DNA of 64,000 bases. It comes from an uncultured delta proteobacterium (GTDB taxonomy: Bacteria > Myxococcota > Myxococcia > Myxococcales > Myxococcaceae). The translations under genes were made by a program, and so were the position numbers. Below the pieces are notes generated by a model that was not told where the DNA came from, did no database searches, and saw nothing but the letters and a program-made list of their open reading frames with translations. Positions 23,370-33,501 of the stretch are shown here, piece after piece; the stretch's first letter is position 1, and every line of letters begins with the position of its first letter. Where the stretch lies: positions 1-64,000 of the forward strand of contig CAVYSY010000035.1 in NCBI GenBank assembly GCA_963771175.1, given 5' to 3'.

Positions 23370-23978
23370 ATGACTCGCCACATCCTGTTCCTGCCTGGTG
23401 CCGGCGGCGCTGCGTCCTTCTGGCATCCGCTCGGCACGTTGCTGCCGGCGAACTGGCGCAAGACCTATCTGAGCTGGCCGGGTCTCGGCCACGAGCCGCA
23501 TGATCCGGCGCTCCAGAGCCTCGACGAGGCGGTGGCTCATGCCGCCAGCAGGCTGGAGAGCCCGAGTGTTGTCGTGGCGCAATCGATGGGTGGCGTCGTC
23601 GCCGTGCGGCTGGCGCTCGCTCATCCGGACCGCATCAGCCATCTGGTCCTGACGGCCACCTCCGGCGGCGTCGATGTGGCGAGCCTCGGCGCCAGCGATT
23701 GGCGCACTTCCTATCGCGAGGAGTATCCGAAGGCGGCGGACTGGATCCTCACCGAGCGGACGGATCACACGGCGGAGCTCCACCGTATCACCATCCCGAC
23801 GCTGCTCCTCTGGGGCGATGCCGATCCGATCAGCCCCGTAGCGGTCGGCCGTCAGCTCGAGCAACTGCTGCCCAGGGCTCGGATGCAGGTGCTCGCTGGC
23901 GGCGACCATATGTTTGCCCGCGACCGTGCGGCCGAGATCTCCGCGTGGGTCGCGGCGCATCTTGGCGCCCCTTCTTGA
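23370..23978 (+). CDS. Alpha/beta-fold hydrolase
   Basis: AQSMGG nucleophile elbow, PTLLLWGDADPI, GDH. Confidence 0.9.
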   Translation: MTRHILFLPGAGGAASFWHPLGTLLPANWRKTYLSWPGLGHEPHDPALQSLDEAVAHAASRLESPSVVVAQSMGGVVAVRLALAHPDRISHLVLTATSGGVDVASLGASDWRTSYREEYPKAADWILTERTDHTAELHRITIPTLLLWGDADPISPVAVGRQLEQLLPRARMQVLAGGDHMFARDRAAEISAWVAAHLGAPS

Positions 23979-24104
23979 CTCGCCCATGTGTTGATGAGCG
24001 AGCGGTTGCCCCTCCCCGCCGGTCCATGGGCAAATGTGCACCCGCGCTCTACGGTGCGCTGTTTCAGCAACCGCTGCGCGCCACGCCCGCTCAAGGAGAG
24101 AAAC

Positions 24105-24518
24105 ATGGCAGACAAGCGCTCCCGAAAGATCTTCGTCAACCTGGCCGTGCGTGACCTGAAGAAGTCGAGGGAGTTCTTCTCGACCCTCGGCTTCGAGTTC
24201 AATCCAAAGTTCTCGGATGACAATGCGGCCTGCATGATCCTCAGCGAGGAGGCGTACGTGATGCTCCTCACTGAGTCCTTCTTCAAGACGTTCACCAGAC
24301 GCGAGCTGTGCGATACGTCCAGGCAGACAGAAGGACTGTTCGCGCTGTCGTGCAATAGCAGGGCCGAAGTGGACGAGCTGGTCAAGAAAGCCATCGGAGC
24401 TGGCGGCAAGCACGCCATGGAGCCGCAGGATCAAGGCTTCATGTACGGCTGGAGTTTCTACGACCCCGACGGCCACCACTGGGAGGTCTTCTGGATGGAC
24501 CCCAAGGCTGCCCAGTAG
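24105..24518 (+). CDS. VOC/glyoxalase family protein
   Basis: IFVNLAVRDLKKSREFF...FYDPDGHHWEV. Confidence 0.93.
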   Translation: MADKRSRKIFVNLAVRDLKKSREFFSTLGFEFNPKFSDDNAACMILSEEAYVMLLTESFFKTFTRRELCDTSRQTEGLFALSCNSRAEVDELVKKAIGAGGKHAMEPQDQGFMYGWSFYDPDGHHWEVFWMDPKAAQ

Positions 24519-24550
24519 CAGGCGCTCAGCTTCCGCTGCGCGGAGGCAGG

Positions 24551-24637
24551 TTCGAGGACACCGCACGCGTCGTCGCGTTCCTCGTCGGTGAAGATGGCGC
24601 ATGGGTCAACGGCCAGCTCCTCCGCGTGAAGGGGGGG
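24551..24637 (+). pseudogene. 3' remnant of a short-chain dehydrogenase gene
   Basis: Translates FEDTARVVAFLVGEDGAWVNGQLLRVKGG, the conserved SDR C-terminus, with no upstream body. Confidence 0.7.
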
Positions 24638-24654
24638 AGCCCCCCCGGCCGCGC

Positions 24655-25110
24655 CTACTTCTCGGACAGGAGCTGGATTCGCATCTGATCCCGCGCGTGG
24701 AGGCAACCGTTTCTTTCGTAGACATCATCCACGAAGAGCTCCACCCGCGTCTCACCGTTGATCAGGAAGTGGATGATGTAGTTGCTCTCCTCCCGCCGCT
24801 CGTTCTCCACCTTGACCGTTCGAGGCTTGAGCATGTCCCGGAGCTTCCCGAGCCACCGGGCCGTCTCCTCCTTGCTCTGCTCGACCAGAGGCCGAAGGTC
24901 CGCATCCTGGATGCCCTGGACGTCGTAGAAGGCATCGAGGAAGCCGGTGTTCTTGCCGAGAATCTCCTCGCGGAGGTTCGAGGCAATGTCCTTGTACTCG
25001 CGCACGCGACAGACTGGGGGTTGCTCTTTCATGGCACTCCTGTCCGCGGGGGAGCAGGCCAACATGCACAGTACGGCAATGACAGACCCGATGAGAGGTA
25101 TCCGGCTCAT
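24655..25110 (-). CDS. Hypothetical lipoprotein (putative immunity protein)
   Basis: Lipobox MLAC; ATGA overlap with the upstream lipase-like gene. Confidence 0.7.
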   Translation of the reverse strand: MSRIPLIGSVIAVLCMLACSPADRSAMKEQPPVCRVREYKDIASNLREEILGKNTGFLDAFYDVQGIQDADLRPLVEQSKEETARWLGKLRDMLKPRTVKVENERREESNYIIHFLINGETRVELFVDDVYERNGCLHARDQMRIQLLSEK

Positions 25111-26072
25111 TTGAAGATCTTGTCGATCTCTTTCTTGTATTTCTTCAGCTTGGGCGAATCCAGGGTGACGTTCTTCTTCGAGATGTAATAGGAGACCTGG
25201 GTCCAGTCAGCCTGCTGCCGCAGCATGGTGAGCTGCTGCTCCTTCACCTGGAGGATGTTGCTGATCCCCCCCTTGCCACTCTTCGCGAACTCCTCGATGT
25301 ATTTCACGAAGATCTGCATGTGCTCCTTGAGCATGTAGTCCGAGTGGCCGAAGTTGGGGACGATGAGGGGCGGTCTTCCGCTCCCTTGGGGAATCACGTC
25401 CTTGCCTGTCGCCACGATCTTCGTGCCCTGAATCTGCGAGCCCGGGACGAACTCGACGTTCTGAATGCCGGGGTTCGAGGAGGTGTAGGTGGAGTTCTTG
25501 CCGAAGGCTCCGATTCCCCCCTTGAGGTGGGCCCACTCATCCTTGGGCGACCAGAAGTTGGAGACCTTGCCGCTGACGTTCTTGAGGGCCGCGGCGAGCT
25601 CTTTCTGCGACCGGGTGTTGTCGCAATCGAGCGGGCTGCCCATCATGATGTAGTTGTCGAGCTTGGCTCCCAGCAGCAGCGCCGCCGCCGTCAGCAGGGT
25701 TCCATTGCTATGGGCAATGACGTTGACCTGGGGCGCGAGCTTGCGGCACGCGTCGATCAACTCCTTGAGCCGCACCGCCGAATGGCCCTGGTAGATCCGG
25801 TCGTAACTGAAGTTGCCATTCTGGAAGAGCTGGATGACCTCGTCGGCCGCGTAGTTGGGAAGCCCCCCCTGCTTCCGGTTCTCGTAGTCGCCCCAGGAGA
25901 AGGGGAGGACGACGTAGGTGCTCTTCTCCACCATCGCCTTCTCGACGAGATTGAACCAGGCCGCATCGGTGTTCACGCCGTGAACGAGGACGTTGATGCT
26001 GCGCACGATGCGCTTGGCCGAGGAGGTCTGCGTGGAGTTCATCCGCACCGCTGCCGCGCTGTACGAAGGCAT
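25107..26072 (-). CDS. Alpha/beta-hydrolase, lipase-like (putative effector)
   Basis: LVHGVN, IAHSNG, MGSP, SPKD, GHSDY motifs; AAGGAG RBS; Lys-rich; no signal peptide. Confidence 0.8.
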   Translation of the reverse strand: MPSYSAAAVRMNSTQTSSAKRIVRSINVLVHGVNTDAAWFNLVEKAMVEKSTYVVLPFSWGDYENRKQGGLPNYAADEVIQLFQNGNFSYDRIYQGHSAVRLKELIDACRKLAPQVNVIAHSNGTLLTAAALLLGAKLDNYIMMGSPLDCDNTRSQKELAAALKNVSGKVSNFWSPKDEWAHLKGGIGAFGKNSTYTSSNPGIQNVEFVPGSQIQGTKIVATGKDVIPQGSGRPPLIVPNFGHSDYMLKEHMQIFVKYIEEFAKSGKGGISNILQVKEQQLTMLRQQADWTQVSYYISKKNVTLDSPKLKKYKKEIDKIFK

Positions 26073-26254
26073 GCCGCTCCTTCACCCGGTCGGGGATGCC
26101 AAGTCCTTTGCCCCCCGCGAGGGTTGGGGACAGCTCTGTTTAACATGGCGCGCCTTTGTCCAGAAGGCGGTCTGACATTCACGAGCCGCGCTGGTGGCCC
26201 CCCCCGGACACCGCGCGCTATGGTCCCCGCCTGGACCCTCAACAGGGAATCGGA

Positions 26255-28174
26255 GTGACCACGAACACGCGCGCCTGGCGCTGGGGGCAGTTGGCGGCCT
26301 TGACCGTGGGGGTGCTGTCGTCCCTCCACTGCGTCGAGCTTCCCTCGAAGCCCTTCTCCTGCTCGTCCGACGAGGACTGCCAGGGGCTGCGTGGCCCCGG
26401 AGGCCAGCCGTACGTCTGCGTGAGCGGGGGCTGGTGCGAGGTCCTCGGGCAGGCGCCAGATGCGGGCAACGCCTGCCCTCAAGCCTCGACGCCCCCCACC
26501 TGTTCCACCTCCAACTGGTGTTGGGACAACCCGCTCTCCGAGGGCCGCACGCTGAGCACCGTCCGAGGCAGGTCCGCCACGGACGTCTGGGCCGTGGGGG
26601 AGAGGGGAATCGCGCTGCACTGGGATGGCACCTGCTGGGCCCGCATCCTGTCCGGCAACTCCCTGCAACTGCGCGCCGCCTGGCCCGCCGCGGGGAAGAC
26701 GTGGTGGTTCGCCGGCGCGGGCGGCGCCCTGCTCAAGTGGGACGGCTCGACCTGGACGTCCCAGGCCCTCGCCGAGCAGTTGACCTTCCATGACATCGAA
26801 GGTGCCTCGGACACGTCCGCGATCGCGGTGGGGCAGATGGGCGCCATCTACACCTTCAACGGCCAGCGGTGGAGGCCCCAGTCCTGGGACGCCGGCACCA
26901 GTCTCGCGCCGGAGCTCCTGGCCGTGTGGCCCGTCTCGGACACCGAGGCCTGGGCGGTGGGCAGGGGCGGCACCCTCGTGCACGGCGTGGATGGGGGCTG
27001 GTCCAGCTCCAGCAGGTTGGGAGCCGTGGACCTGATGGCCATCGCCGCCGGAGCGGATGCCGGTACGGCCTACGCCGTGGGCAGGGGGTTGCTCGCCACC
27101 CATGCCAACTCGACGTGGACGGCTTCCGGCTTCGCGACGTCCTCCACTCCTCTCAATGGCGTGTGGACCAGCGCCGGTGTCACGCGCGTCGTCGGCCCCG
27201 CCTCGAACATCTATGTCCTGGGCACGTCGACCCCCGAGCCGAGTGGCACACCCCAGGTGCTCAACTCCATCTGGGGCAATGACACGGCGCTCTGGGCCGT
27301 CGGGACCTCGGGCAGCATCGTGCGGCGGGCGGACGGCCAGTGGTCGGAGAGCCCCGGCGGCGTGGCACGAAACATCAACGCCTTCTGGGGCACCGATGAC
27401 CGCGACCTCTGGGCGGCCGGGGACAATGACCTGGTCATGCGCCGCGAGGCCTCGCGCTGGTCACCCGTGGCTCCTCCGGAGCAGGGCACCTTCAGGGCCC
27501 TCTGGGGGCGCGGGGACCTGCTGCTGGTGGCGGAGAACAGCCCGACGGCGACGGGCAGCAGCGGGAAGGTCCACCTGCTCCAGAACGGCCAGTGGACCCA
27601 GAGCACCTCGTTCCAGAGCGGCGTGAATGCCCTCTGGGGGACGGGGCTTGCCCCGATGTGGGCGGTGGGCGACAGGGGCCTCGTCCAGCGCCGCGATGAA
27701 GCGGGCACCTGGACCAGCGAGGGGAACTTCAGTACCGCTCCATTCAACGCTGTCTGGGGTTCCTCCCTCGCGGATGTCTGGGGGGTGGGTGCCAGCGGGG
27801 TGATCTTCCACCGCGATGGCTCGGGGAAGTGGGCCAGCCAGAAGCTGTCCTCATCGACCGACCTCTTCGGCGTGTGGGGCACGGGCTCTCGGGATGTGTG
27901 GGCGGTGGGCCTCAACGGAGCCGCCTACCACTACGATGGGACTGCCTGGACCCTGGTCTCCACGGGGGTGACCCAGACGCTGCGCGCCATCGCCGGGCGG
28001 AGCGCCGACAGCGTGTGGGCCGTGGGCGACAACGGCGTCATCACGTATTGGGACGGGAAGACCTGGACGCCGCAGGTGAGCGGGGTCAGCGAGAACCTGC
28101 GGGCGGTGTGGGTGACGCCGAGCGTCGTCTGGGTGGCGGGCACCAACGGGACGGTCCTCCGGCTGCAACCGTGA
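26255..28174 (+). CDS. Beta-propeller (WD40/YVTN/BNR-like) repeat lipoprotein with a Cys-rich N-terminus
   Basis: Repeated L.(A/G)VWG....DVWAVG..G...H.DG..W units; LSSLHC lipobox-like site. Confidence 0.85.
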   Translation: MTTNTRAWRWGQLAALTVGVLSSLHCVELPSKPFSCSSDEDCQGLRGPGGQPYVCVSGGWCEVLGQAPDAGNACPQASTPPTCSTSNWCWDNPLSEGRTLSTVRGRSATDVWAVGERGIALHWDGTCWARILSGNSLQLRAAWPAAGKTWWFAGAGGALLKWDGSTWTSQALAEQLTFHDIEGASDTSAIAVGQMGAIYTFNGQRWRPQSWDAGTSLAPELLAVWPVSDTEAWAVGRGGTLVHGVDGGWSSSSRLGAVDLMAIAAGADAGTAYAVGRGLLATHANSTWTASGFATSSTPLNGVWTSAGVTRVVGPASNIYVLGTSTPEPSGTPQVLNSIWGNDTALWAVGTSGSIVRRADGQWSESPGGVARNINAFWGTDDRDLWAAGDNDLVMRREASRWSPVAPPEQGTFRALWGRGDLLLVAENSPTATGSSGKVHLLQNGQWTQSTSFQSGVNALWGTGLAPMWAVGDRGLVQRRDEAGTWTSEGNFSTAPFNAVWGSSLADVWGVGASGVIFHRDGSGKWASQKLSSSTDLFGVWGTGSRDVWAVGLNGAAYHYDGTAWTLVSTGVTQTLRAIAGRSADSVWAVGDNGVITYWDGKTWTPQVSGVSENLRAVWVTPSVVWVAGTNGTVLRLQP

Positions 28175-28259
28175 GCGGGGCGGGCCTCCGGGCGGGCAGG
28201 GGAGTTCATGTCGCCACCTCCAGGGGGCGGCTTCTCTGATAAGGTCGTGGCCTGTTTCG

Positions 28260-29948
28260 ATGGCCCCGCCCCCCCTCACACAGTGTCCCACCTGTGGCCT
28301 GAGCGTCGCTCAGGGCACCGAGACGTGCCCCCACGACGGCACGGTGCTCGGTGACGGCGTGCCCGCCGGCCGTGCGCAGCTGAGGCCCCAGCCAGGCTCG
28401 CACGTCGCCTCGCCCGAGGCGGGGACCCTCGCTCCGCCACTTCCGGCCCAGACCATGCCGGCTGTCGGTCACCCCGCCTTCAAGCCCAACCCAACGCCGC
28501 TGAGCGCCCCTCTCTCTGATCCGCTGATCGGCATGCGGATCGGCGAGTACGTCATCCAGGAGCAGATCGGCATCGGCGGCATGGGCATCGTCTACCGGGG
28601 CGAACAGCCGCTGATCCACAAGCAGGTGGCCATCAAGGTCCTGCGGCCCGAGATGGGGGATCAGTCCCTGTACGTGGAGCGGCTGCTGGCCGAGGCCCGC
28701 GCGGTCAACGCCATCCACCACCGGGGCATCATCGACATCTTCAGCTTCGGCAAGATGCCGGATGGCCGGCAGTACTTCGTCATGGAGTACCTGGAGGGCA
28801 CTCCGCTCGACACCTGGCTCGCCGGTCGCGGCACCCTCCCGGTGCAGGATGCCATCCGGCTCGCTGACGAGCTCCTGGAGGCGCTCACCGCCGCGCACCA
28901 GGCGGGCGTCATCCACCGCGATCTCAAGCCCAACAACATCTTCCTGGTGCGGCAACCCGGCGGCGGCTCCTACGTGAAGGTGCTGGACTTCGGCCTGGCC
29001 AAGCAGACGTCCGGAGATCCGACGCTCTCGCAGCAGACCCTGAATGGGCTGATCATTGGGACGCCGGAGTTCATGGCGCCCGAGCAGGTGCGCGGAGATC
29101 CGGTGAGTCCCAAGACGGACCTCTACGCGTACGGCATCATCCTCTTCCAACTGCTGACCGGGCAGCTCCCCTTCACGGCCCGGGTCCCCGCGGAGTACCT
29201 GGTCCACCACCTGGAGCACACGCCTCCCTCGCCCCTCACGCTGCGGCCGGAGCTGCCTCCCGCGCTCGCGCAGCTCGCGCTGAAGCTGCTGGAGAAGGCC
29301 CCGCAGGCACGCCCCTCGGCGGAGGAGGTGAGGGTCGTGCTTCAGGAGTGTGCCGACAGTCTCCCGCCGCCGAGAGGTGCGCGCCCCTCTCGCGAGACGC
29401 GCGGCCTCGCCTTGCCTGCCATGGAACCCGAGCGGCCAGCGCCCCAGCAGGAGGCCCCGGCGGTGAGCGCGGGCTCGCCCGGCACGCCGCCACGCTCCCG
29501 CACCACCCGGGTGGTGGGCGTGGCCGCTGGGTTGCTGCTGCTCATGTCTGGCGGGGCGATGTTCATGCTGCGCCGTCCGGCCCCGGAGCCGGTGGCCGCC
29601 CCCGTCCCCGTCCCCGTTGCCGCCCCCGTTGTCGCCCCCGTTGTCGAGACCCCGGCCCCCGAGCCCGTGGCCAACTCCAGCCCCACGCCGGCTGTCACTC
29701 AGGAGGTGGCCCCAAGCGCGAGCGGCCCGTCCAAGGTGAGCACCGAGCGCAAGCCGCCACTGTTCGCGCGCATCGAGCGGCTGGAGCGGAAGCTGCGCGC
29801 GAGCTCGCTGCCCGTGGACGAGAAGCAGAGCGCGCGCGACCTGTTGAAGAAGGTCCGCGTCAGGGCCGAGAGCGCATCGACCTACGAGGAGCGCAAGCAG
29901 GTGCAGCGCAACCTCGACATCTGGGAGCGCCAGTACCTGGGGAAATGA
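28260..29948 (+). CDS. Hanks-type Ser/Thr protein kinase with N-terminal Zn ribbon and one TM
   Basis: CPTC...CPHDG; GIGGMG, VAIK, HRDLKPNN, DFG, GTPEFMAPE; TM then a Pro-rich linker. Confidence 0.96.
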   Translation: MAPPPLTQCPTCGLSVAQGTETCPHDGTVLGDGVPAGRAQLRPQPGSHVASPEAGTLAPPLPAQTMPAVGHPAFKPNPTPLSAPLSDPLIGMRIGEYVIQEQIGIGGMGIVYRGEQPLIHKQVAIKVLRPEMGDQSLYVERLLAEARAVNAIHHRGIIDIFSFGKMPDGRQYFVMEYLEGTPLDTWLAGRGTLPVQDAIRLADELLEALTAAHQAGVIHRDLKPNNIFLVRQPGGGSYVKVLDFGLAKQTSGDPTLSQQTLNGLIIGTPEFMAPEQVRGDPVSPKTDLYAYGIILFQLLTGQLPFTARVPAEYLVHHLEHTPPSPLTLRPELPPALAQLALKLLEKAPQARPSAEEVRVVLQECADSLPPPRGARPSRETRGLALPAMEPERPAPQQEAPAVSAGSPGTPPRSRTTRVVGVAAGLLLLMSGGAMFMLRRPAPEPVAAPVPVPVAAPVVAPVVETPAPEPVANSSPTPAVTQEVAPSASGPSKVSTERKPPLFARIERLERKLRASSLPVDEKQSARDLLKKVRVRAESASTYEERKQVQRNLDIWERQYLGK

Positions 29949-29990
29949 CGTCCTCGCCTCGGGACCCGGCGTATGCCAGCATGGGCCCCC

Positions 29991-30824
29991 ATGTTTTCCC
30001 TGGTGTTGGCGTTGCTCGTCGCGCAGACCCCCGCCTCGGCGGGCGAGACCGAGTCGAAGGGGCTGGTGGTGGTGGTCTCCCGCAACGAGGGCCTCACGCC
30101 CATCGAGGCCGTCACCCTGGCGGATCGGCTCTCCTGGGCCCTGTACAACGCGAGGGTGCCCGTGCTGATGGACCCGGTCGAGGTCATCACCCGGCTCGGG
30201 ACGCAGCGCGCTCCGGAGGGATGCCAGGGCAACCCCGAGTGCTTCGCGCAGCTCGGACGCGACCTCGGCCTGGCGGCGGTGGTGACCATCGACGCGAGCA
30301 AGGTCTTCGATGACCTGCCCATGCGCATCACGCTGATAGAGACCCGCGAGAGCCGTGTCCTCTTCAAGCGGAGCTATACCGTGTCCGCCCTGCGGCCCAC
30401 GGAGCTGGACTCGGCCTTCCAGAGCGCCAGCCAGGAGATCAAGACGGCCACCACGGACCTCCCGGGCCTCGAGGATGCGACGGACGCGCCCTGGGTCCTG
30501 TCCGCGGCGAGGCTGTCCCCCTCGTCTGTTCGCGGCGTGAACGCGCTCACCCAGCCCATGCCGGCGCCCGTGGCTGTCACCCGGGTAGGGGCCGGGGTGG
30601 CCGGGGCGGCGGCCGTCACCTTCCTGGTGCTGGGGTTGGTCCAGGCCTCGCGGCTCCAGGACGAGCGGGCGCCAGGAGTCTCCGCCTGGACCTACGACGA
30701 GGCGAAGGCGCTCCGGAGCAGCGCCAACACCCGGTTCGCGCTCTCGGGCATCTTCGCCGGAGTGTCTGGCGCGCTGCTCGTCACCAGCTTCGTGCTGCCC
30801 ACGGAGTCGGCTTCGGCGAAGTAG
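29991..30824 (+). CDS. Hypothetical exported/membrane protein of the kinase operon
   Basis: Signal peptide, CxxxxxC motif, two C-terminal hydrophobic segments. Confidence 0.75.
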   Translation: MFSLVLALLVAQTPASAGETESKGLVVVVSRNEGLTPIEAVTLADRLSWALYNARVPVLMDPVEVITRLGTQRAPEGCQGNPECFAQLGRDLGLAAVVTIDASKVFDDLPMRITLIETRESRVLFKRSYTVSALRPTELDSAFQSASQEIKTATTDLPGLEDATDAPWVLSAARLSPSSVRGVNALTQPMPAPVAVTRVGAGVAGAAAVTFLVLGLVQASRLQDERAPGVSAWTYDEAKALRSSANTRFALSGIFAGVSGALLVTSFVLPTESASAK

Positions 30825-30858
30825 GTCGTGCTGCCAGTCTCCGCACCACGGTGCAGGT

Positions 30859-31674
30859 CTACTGACCGCCCTCGAGGCCGATGAGGTTCAAGATGTTCCC
30901 GTCCGGATCCTTGAACCAGGCGACCTTCATCCCGGACGAGACGTGGATATCGCCCTCCAGCCGCGTGTCGGGCATGTCGTAGTGCTCGAAGGTGACGCCC
31001 TTGGACTGGAGATCCTTCACCGCCTCCTCGATGTTGCCCACCGTCCAGGTGACCGCCGTGGCCTGGTTGGTGCCCGCGTAGTCCGAGCGGTAGACGTTCA
31101 CGGTCGAGTTTCCGCTCCGATACACGACCACCTCGCCGCCCTCCTCGTGGACGGGCTTCAACCCGAGCGTCTCCTCGTAGAACTTCCTCGCCTTGTTCAG
31201 ATCCTTCACCGCGATGTTGGCGACCGCGTCCTGCGCGGCGATCGGCTCGTCGGTCGGCGCCCTCGAGACGCGGTCACGACCGAAGGGATCTCCGACGAGG
31301 GATTCGGTGTGCAGCGCGCACCGCCATTTTCCGTCTCGGCGCACCCACGTCGACGCGTCCGCGGCCTCGAGGGTCAGTGGTTTTCCCTCGACCTTCATCT
31401 CTTCCTTCACCTTGTAGGCGACGACCGCCACGTCGGGGCTGAGGAAGCGCACCGCGGGCTCGCCGAGGAGCTCGTACCGCTGCAGCCGCCACCGCTCGCT
31501 CTTCATCATCTGCGCGAACTGGTCGCGCTCGATGCTCGCGTATCCCTGGGCCCCGGTGACCACGCAGCGCTCGTCCGTCAACTCCAGCGCCGTGTCGACA
31601 TCCTGCTCCTGGATGGCCCGCCAGTAGGCGTGCTCGAGGTTGATGATCTCCCGCTCGCTCTGTGCCTGTTCCAT
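30859..31674 (-). CDS. DUF4440 (NTF2/SnoaL-like) plus VOC/glyoxalase fusion
   Basis: N-domain LEHAYWRAIQEQD...STWVRRDGKWRCALHTES; C-domain AVKDLNKARKFY...WFKDPDGN; GGAGGAG RBS. Confidence 0.85.
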   Translation of the reverse strand: MEQAQSEREIINLEHAYWRAIQEQDVDTALELTDERCVVTGAQGYASIERDQFAQMMKSERWRLQRYELLGEPAVRFLSPDVAVVAYKVKEEMKVEGKPLTLEAADASTWVRRDGKWRCALHTESLVGDPFGRDRVSRAPTDEPIAAQDAVANIAVKDLNKARKFYEETLGLKPVHEEGGEVVVYRSGNSTVNVYRSDYAGTNQATAVTWTVGNIEEAVKDLQSKGVTFEHYDMPDTRLEGDIHVSSGMKVAWFKDPDGNILNLIGLEGGQ

Positions 31675-31913
31675 GCTCTCCTCCCCGGACCTGTCACGAT
31701 TGGCACGGGCCGCTTTGTTGGGAGGAGGCTGTCGAGCGAGCCCACGCAGCCAGGGCCTTCGACTCGGGGACTTGGTTCCATCAGGCGGGCTCATGGTCGC
31801 ATCGACTTCCAGCCCGGTCACCGTGCTCCGCTGACCCGGAGTGAACCCTTTTCCCGGGGCCCTGGCTCTAACGGAACGGAATCCAAGCCTTTTATTCCGT
31901 CAGGAGCCGCGCC

Positions 31914-32807
31914 ATGAAGATTCATTCGTTCTACGAGCCCAAGACCTCCACTCTCACCTATGTGGTCTTCGACGAGGCGACCCGGGACGCGATCATCATC
32001 GATCCCGTCCTCGACTATGACCCGCTGCCCTCTCAGACCTCGACCGGGTCGGTGGAGAAGGTGGTGGCCTTCGTGGACGAGCAGAAGCTCCGGGTGCACT
32101 ACGTGCTCGAGACGCATGCTCACGCCGACCACATCTCGTCGTCCCAGTACCTCCGGCGACGCCTGGATGCCCGGGTGGCCATCGGCGAGCGCATCACCGA
32201 GGTGCAGAAGACCTTCCAGGACATCTTCGACCTCGGGCCGGACTTCAAGACGGACGGCAGCCAGTTCGACCGCCTGCTGAAGGATGGCGAGGTGTTCAAC
32301 GCCGGCTCGCTGCGCATCGAGGTCATCGCCACGCCGGGCCACACCCCCGCCTGTGTCTCCTACAAGCTCGAGGACGCCCTCTTCACCGGGGACGCGCTCT
32401 TCATGGAGGACCAGGGGACGGGCCGCTGCGACTTCCCTCGCGGCAGCGCCGAGGCGCTGTACCACTCCATCCATGAGCGCCTCTACACGTTGCCGGACGA
32501 GACCCGCGTGTTCGTGGGCCATGACTACCAGCCCAATGGCCGCGAGCTGCGCTACGAGACCACGCTCGGCACCGAGAAGCGCCGGAACGTCCAGCTCCGC
32601 TCGGACACCCCGCGGGAGGAGTACATCCGCTTCCGCACCGAGCGCGACCGCACGCTGGCCCAGCCCGTCCTGCTCTTCCCCAGCGTGCAGGTGAACGTGA
32701 ACGCCGGGCGGCTGCCCGAGCCCCACGCCAACGGCCACCGCTACCTCTCCGTGCCCCTCAATCTCTTCAAGCCCACGGACGAGGTCGGCGAGCCCAAGAA
32801 GTCCTGA
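31914..32807 (+). CDS. Metallo-beta-lactamase-fold persulfide dioxygenase (ETHE1/Blh-like)
   Basis: [42 protein letters not shown]. Confidence 0.9.
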   Translation: MKIHSFYEPKTSTLTYVVFDEATRDAIIIDPVLDYDPLPSQTSTGSVEKVVAFVDEQKLRVHYVLETHAHADHISSSQYLRRRLDARVAIGERITEVQKTFQDIFDLGPDFKTDGSQFDRLLKDGEVFNAGSLRIEVIATPGHTPACVSYKLEDALFTGDALFMEDQGTGRCDFPRGSAEALYHSIHERLYTLPDETRVFVGHDYQPNGRELRYETTLGTEKRRNVQLRSDTPREEYIRFRTERDRTLAQPVLLFPSVQVNVNAGRLPEPHANGHRYLSVPLNLFKPTDEVGEPKKS

Positions 32808-32853
32808 CCTCGGTGGGACAGGGGCCCCTTGCCGGCGGCGGCCGGCTTGGTTC

Positions 32854-32883
32854 TTGACTCGAAGTAAGTAAACGTTTACTTAC
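32854..32883 (+). promoter_or_regulatory. Sigma70 promoter overlapped by a perfect 20-bp palindromic TetR operator
   Basis: TTGACT (32854), 17 bp, TACTTA (32877); palindrome GTAAGTAAAC|GTTTACTTAC at 32864-32883. Confidence 0.8.
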
Positions 32884-32889
32884 AAAGTC

Positions 32890-33498
32890 ATGGCTCGAAG
32901 GCTCTCACAACCCGAACGGCGCGCCCAGATTGCGGATGCCGCGCTGCGCATCATCGAGACGCGAGGCATCGGGCAGCTCACCGTGGCGTCCCTCGCCGAA
33001 GAGGTTGGCCTGACAGGGGGCGCGCTGTACCGGCACTTCGAATCGCTCGACGCCGTCCTCGAGGCGGTCGCGGAGCGTGTCGCCGCGCTGCTGGATGAGA
33101 GCCTTCCCGAGCCGAGCCTGGCGCCCCTCGAATGGCTCGAGTGCTTCCTCAAGTCTCGTTCGTCGGCGGTGGCGGGGCATCCAGGGCTGGCGAGGCTCCT
33201 CTTCTCGGATCAATTCGCGCTGGCGATGCCCGAATCGAGCATCGCGCTGCTCCGGAGATCGGTCCTGAAGACCTTCGAGGCCATTGCCGCGGCACTCGAG
33301 CGTGGACAGGAGCAGGGAGTGATCCGCGGGGATCTCGCGCCGATCGCGCTGGTCCCGGCCGTCGTCGGAATCGTTCAGACCCTGGTCCTCGCCCAGGGCG
33401 GCAGGGTCCTGGAGGGGATGATGTCGGCCGATATGGCCTGGCCGATCCTCCGCGCCCTGCTGGTGCCTCCCCCTGCTGGTGCCTCCCAAGGAAGGTGA
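32890..33498 (+). CDS. TetR/AcrR family regulator
   Basis: IADAALRII...LTVASLAEEVGLTGGALYRHF. Confidence 0.93.
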   Translation: MARRLSQPERRAQIADAALRIIETRGIGQLTVASLAEEVGLTGGALYRHFESLDAVLEAVAERVAALLDESLPEPSLAPLEWLECFLKSRSSAVAGHPGLARLLFSDQFALAMPESSIALLRRSVLKTFEAIAAALERGQEQGVIRGDLAPIALVPAVVGIVQTLVLAQGGRVLEGMMSADMAWPILRALLVPPPAGASQGR

Positions 33499-33501
33499 CG
33501 C

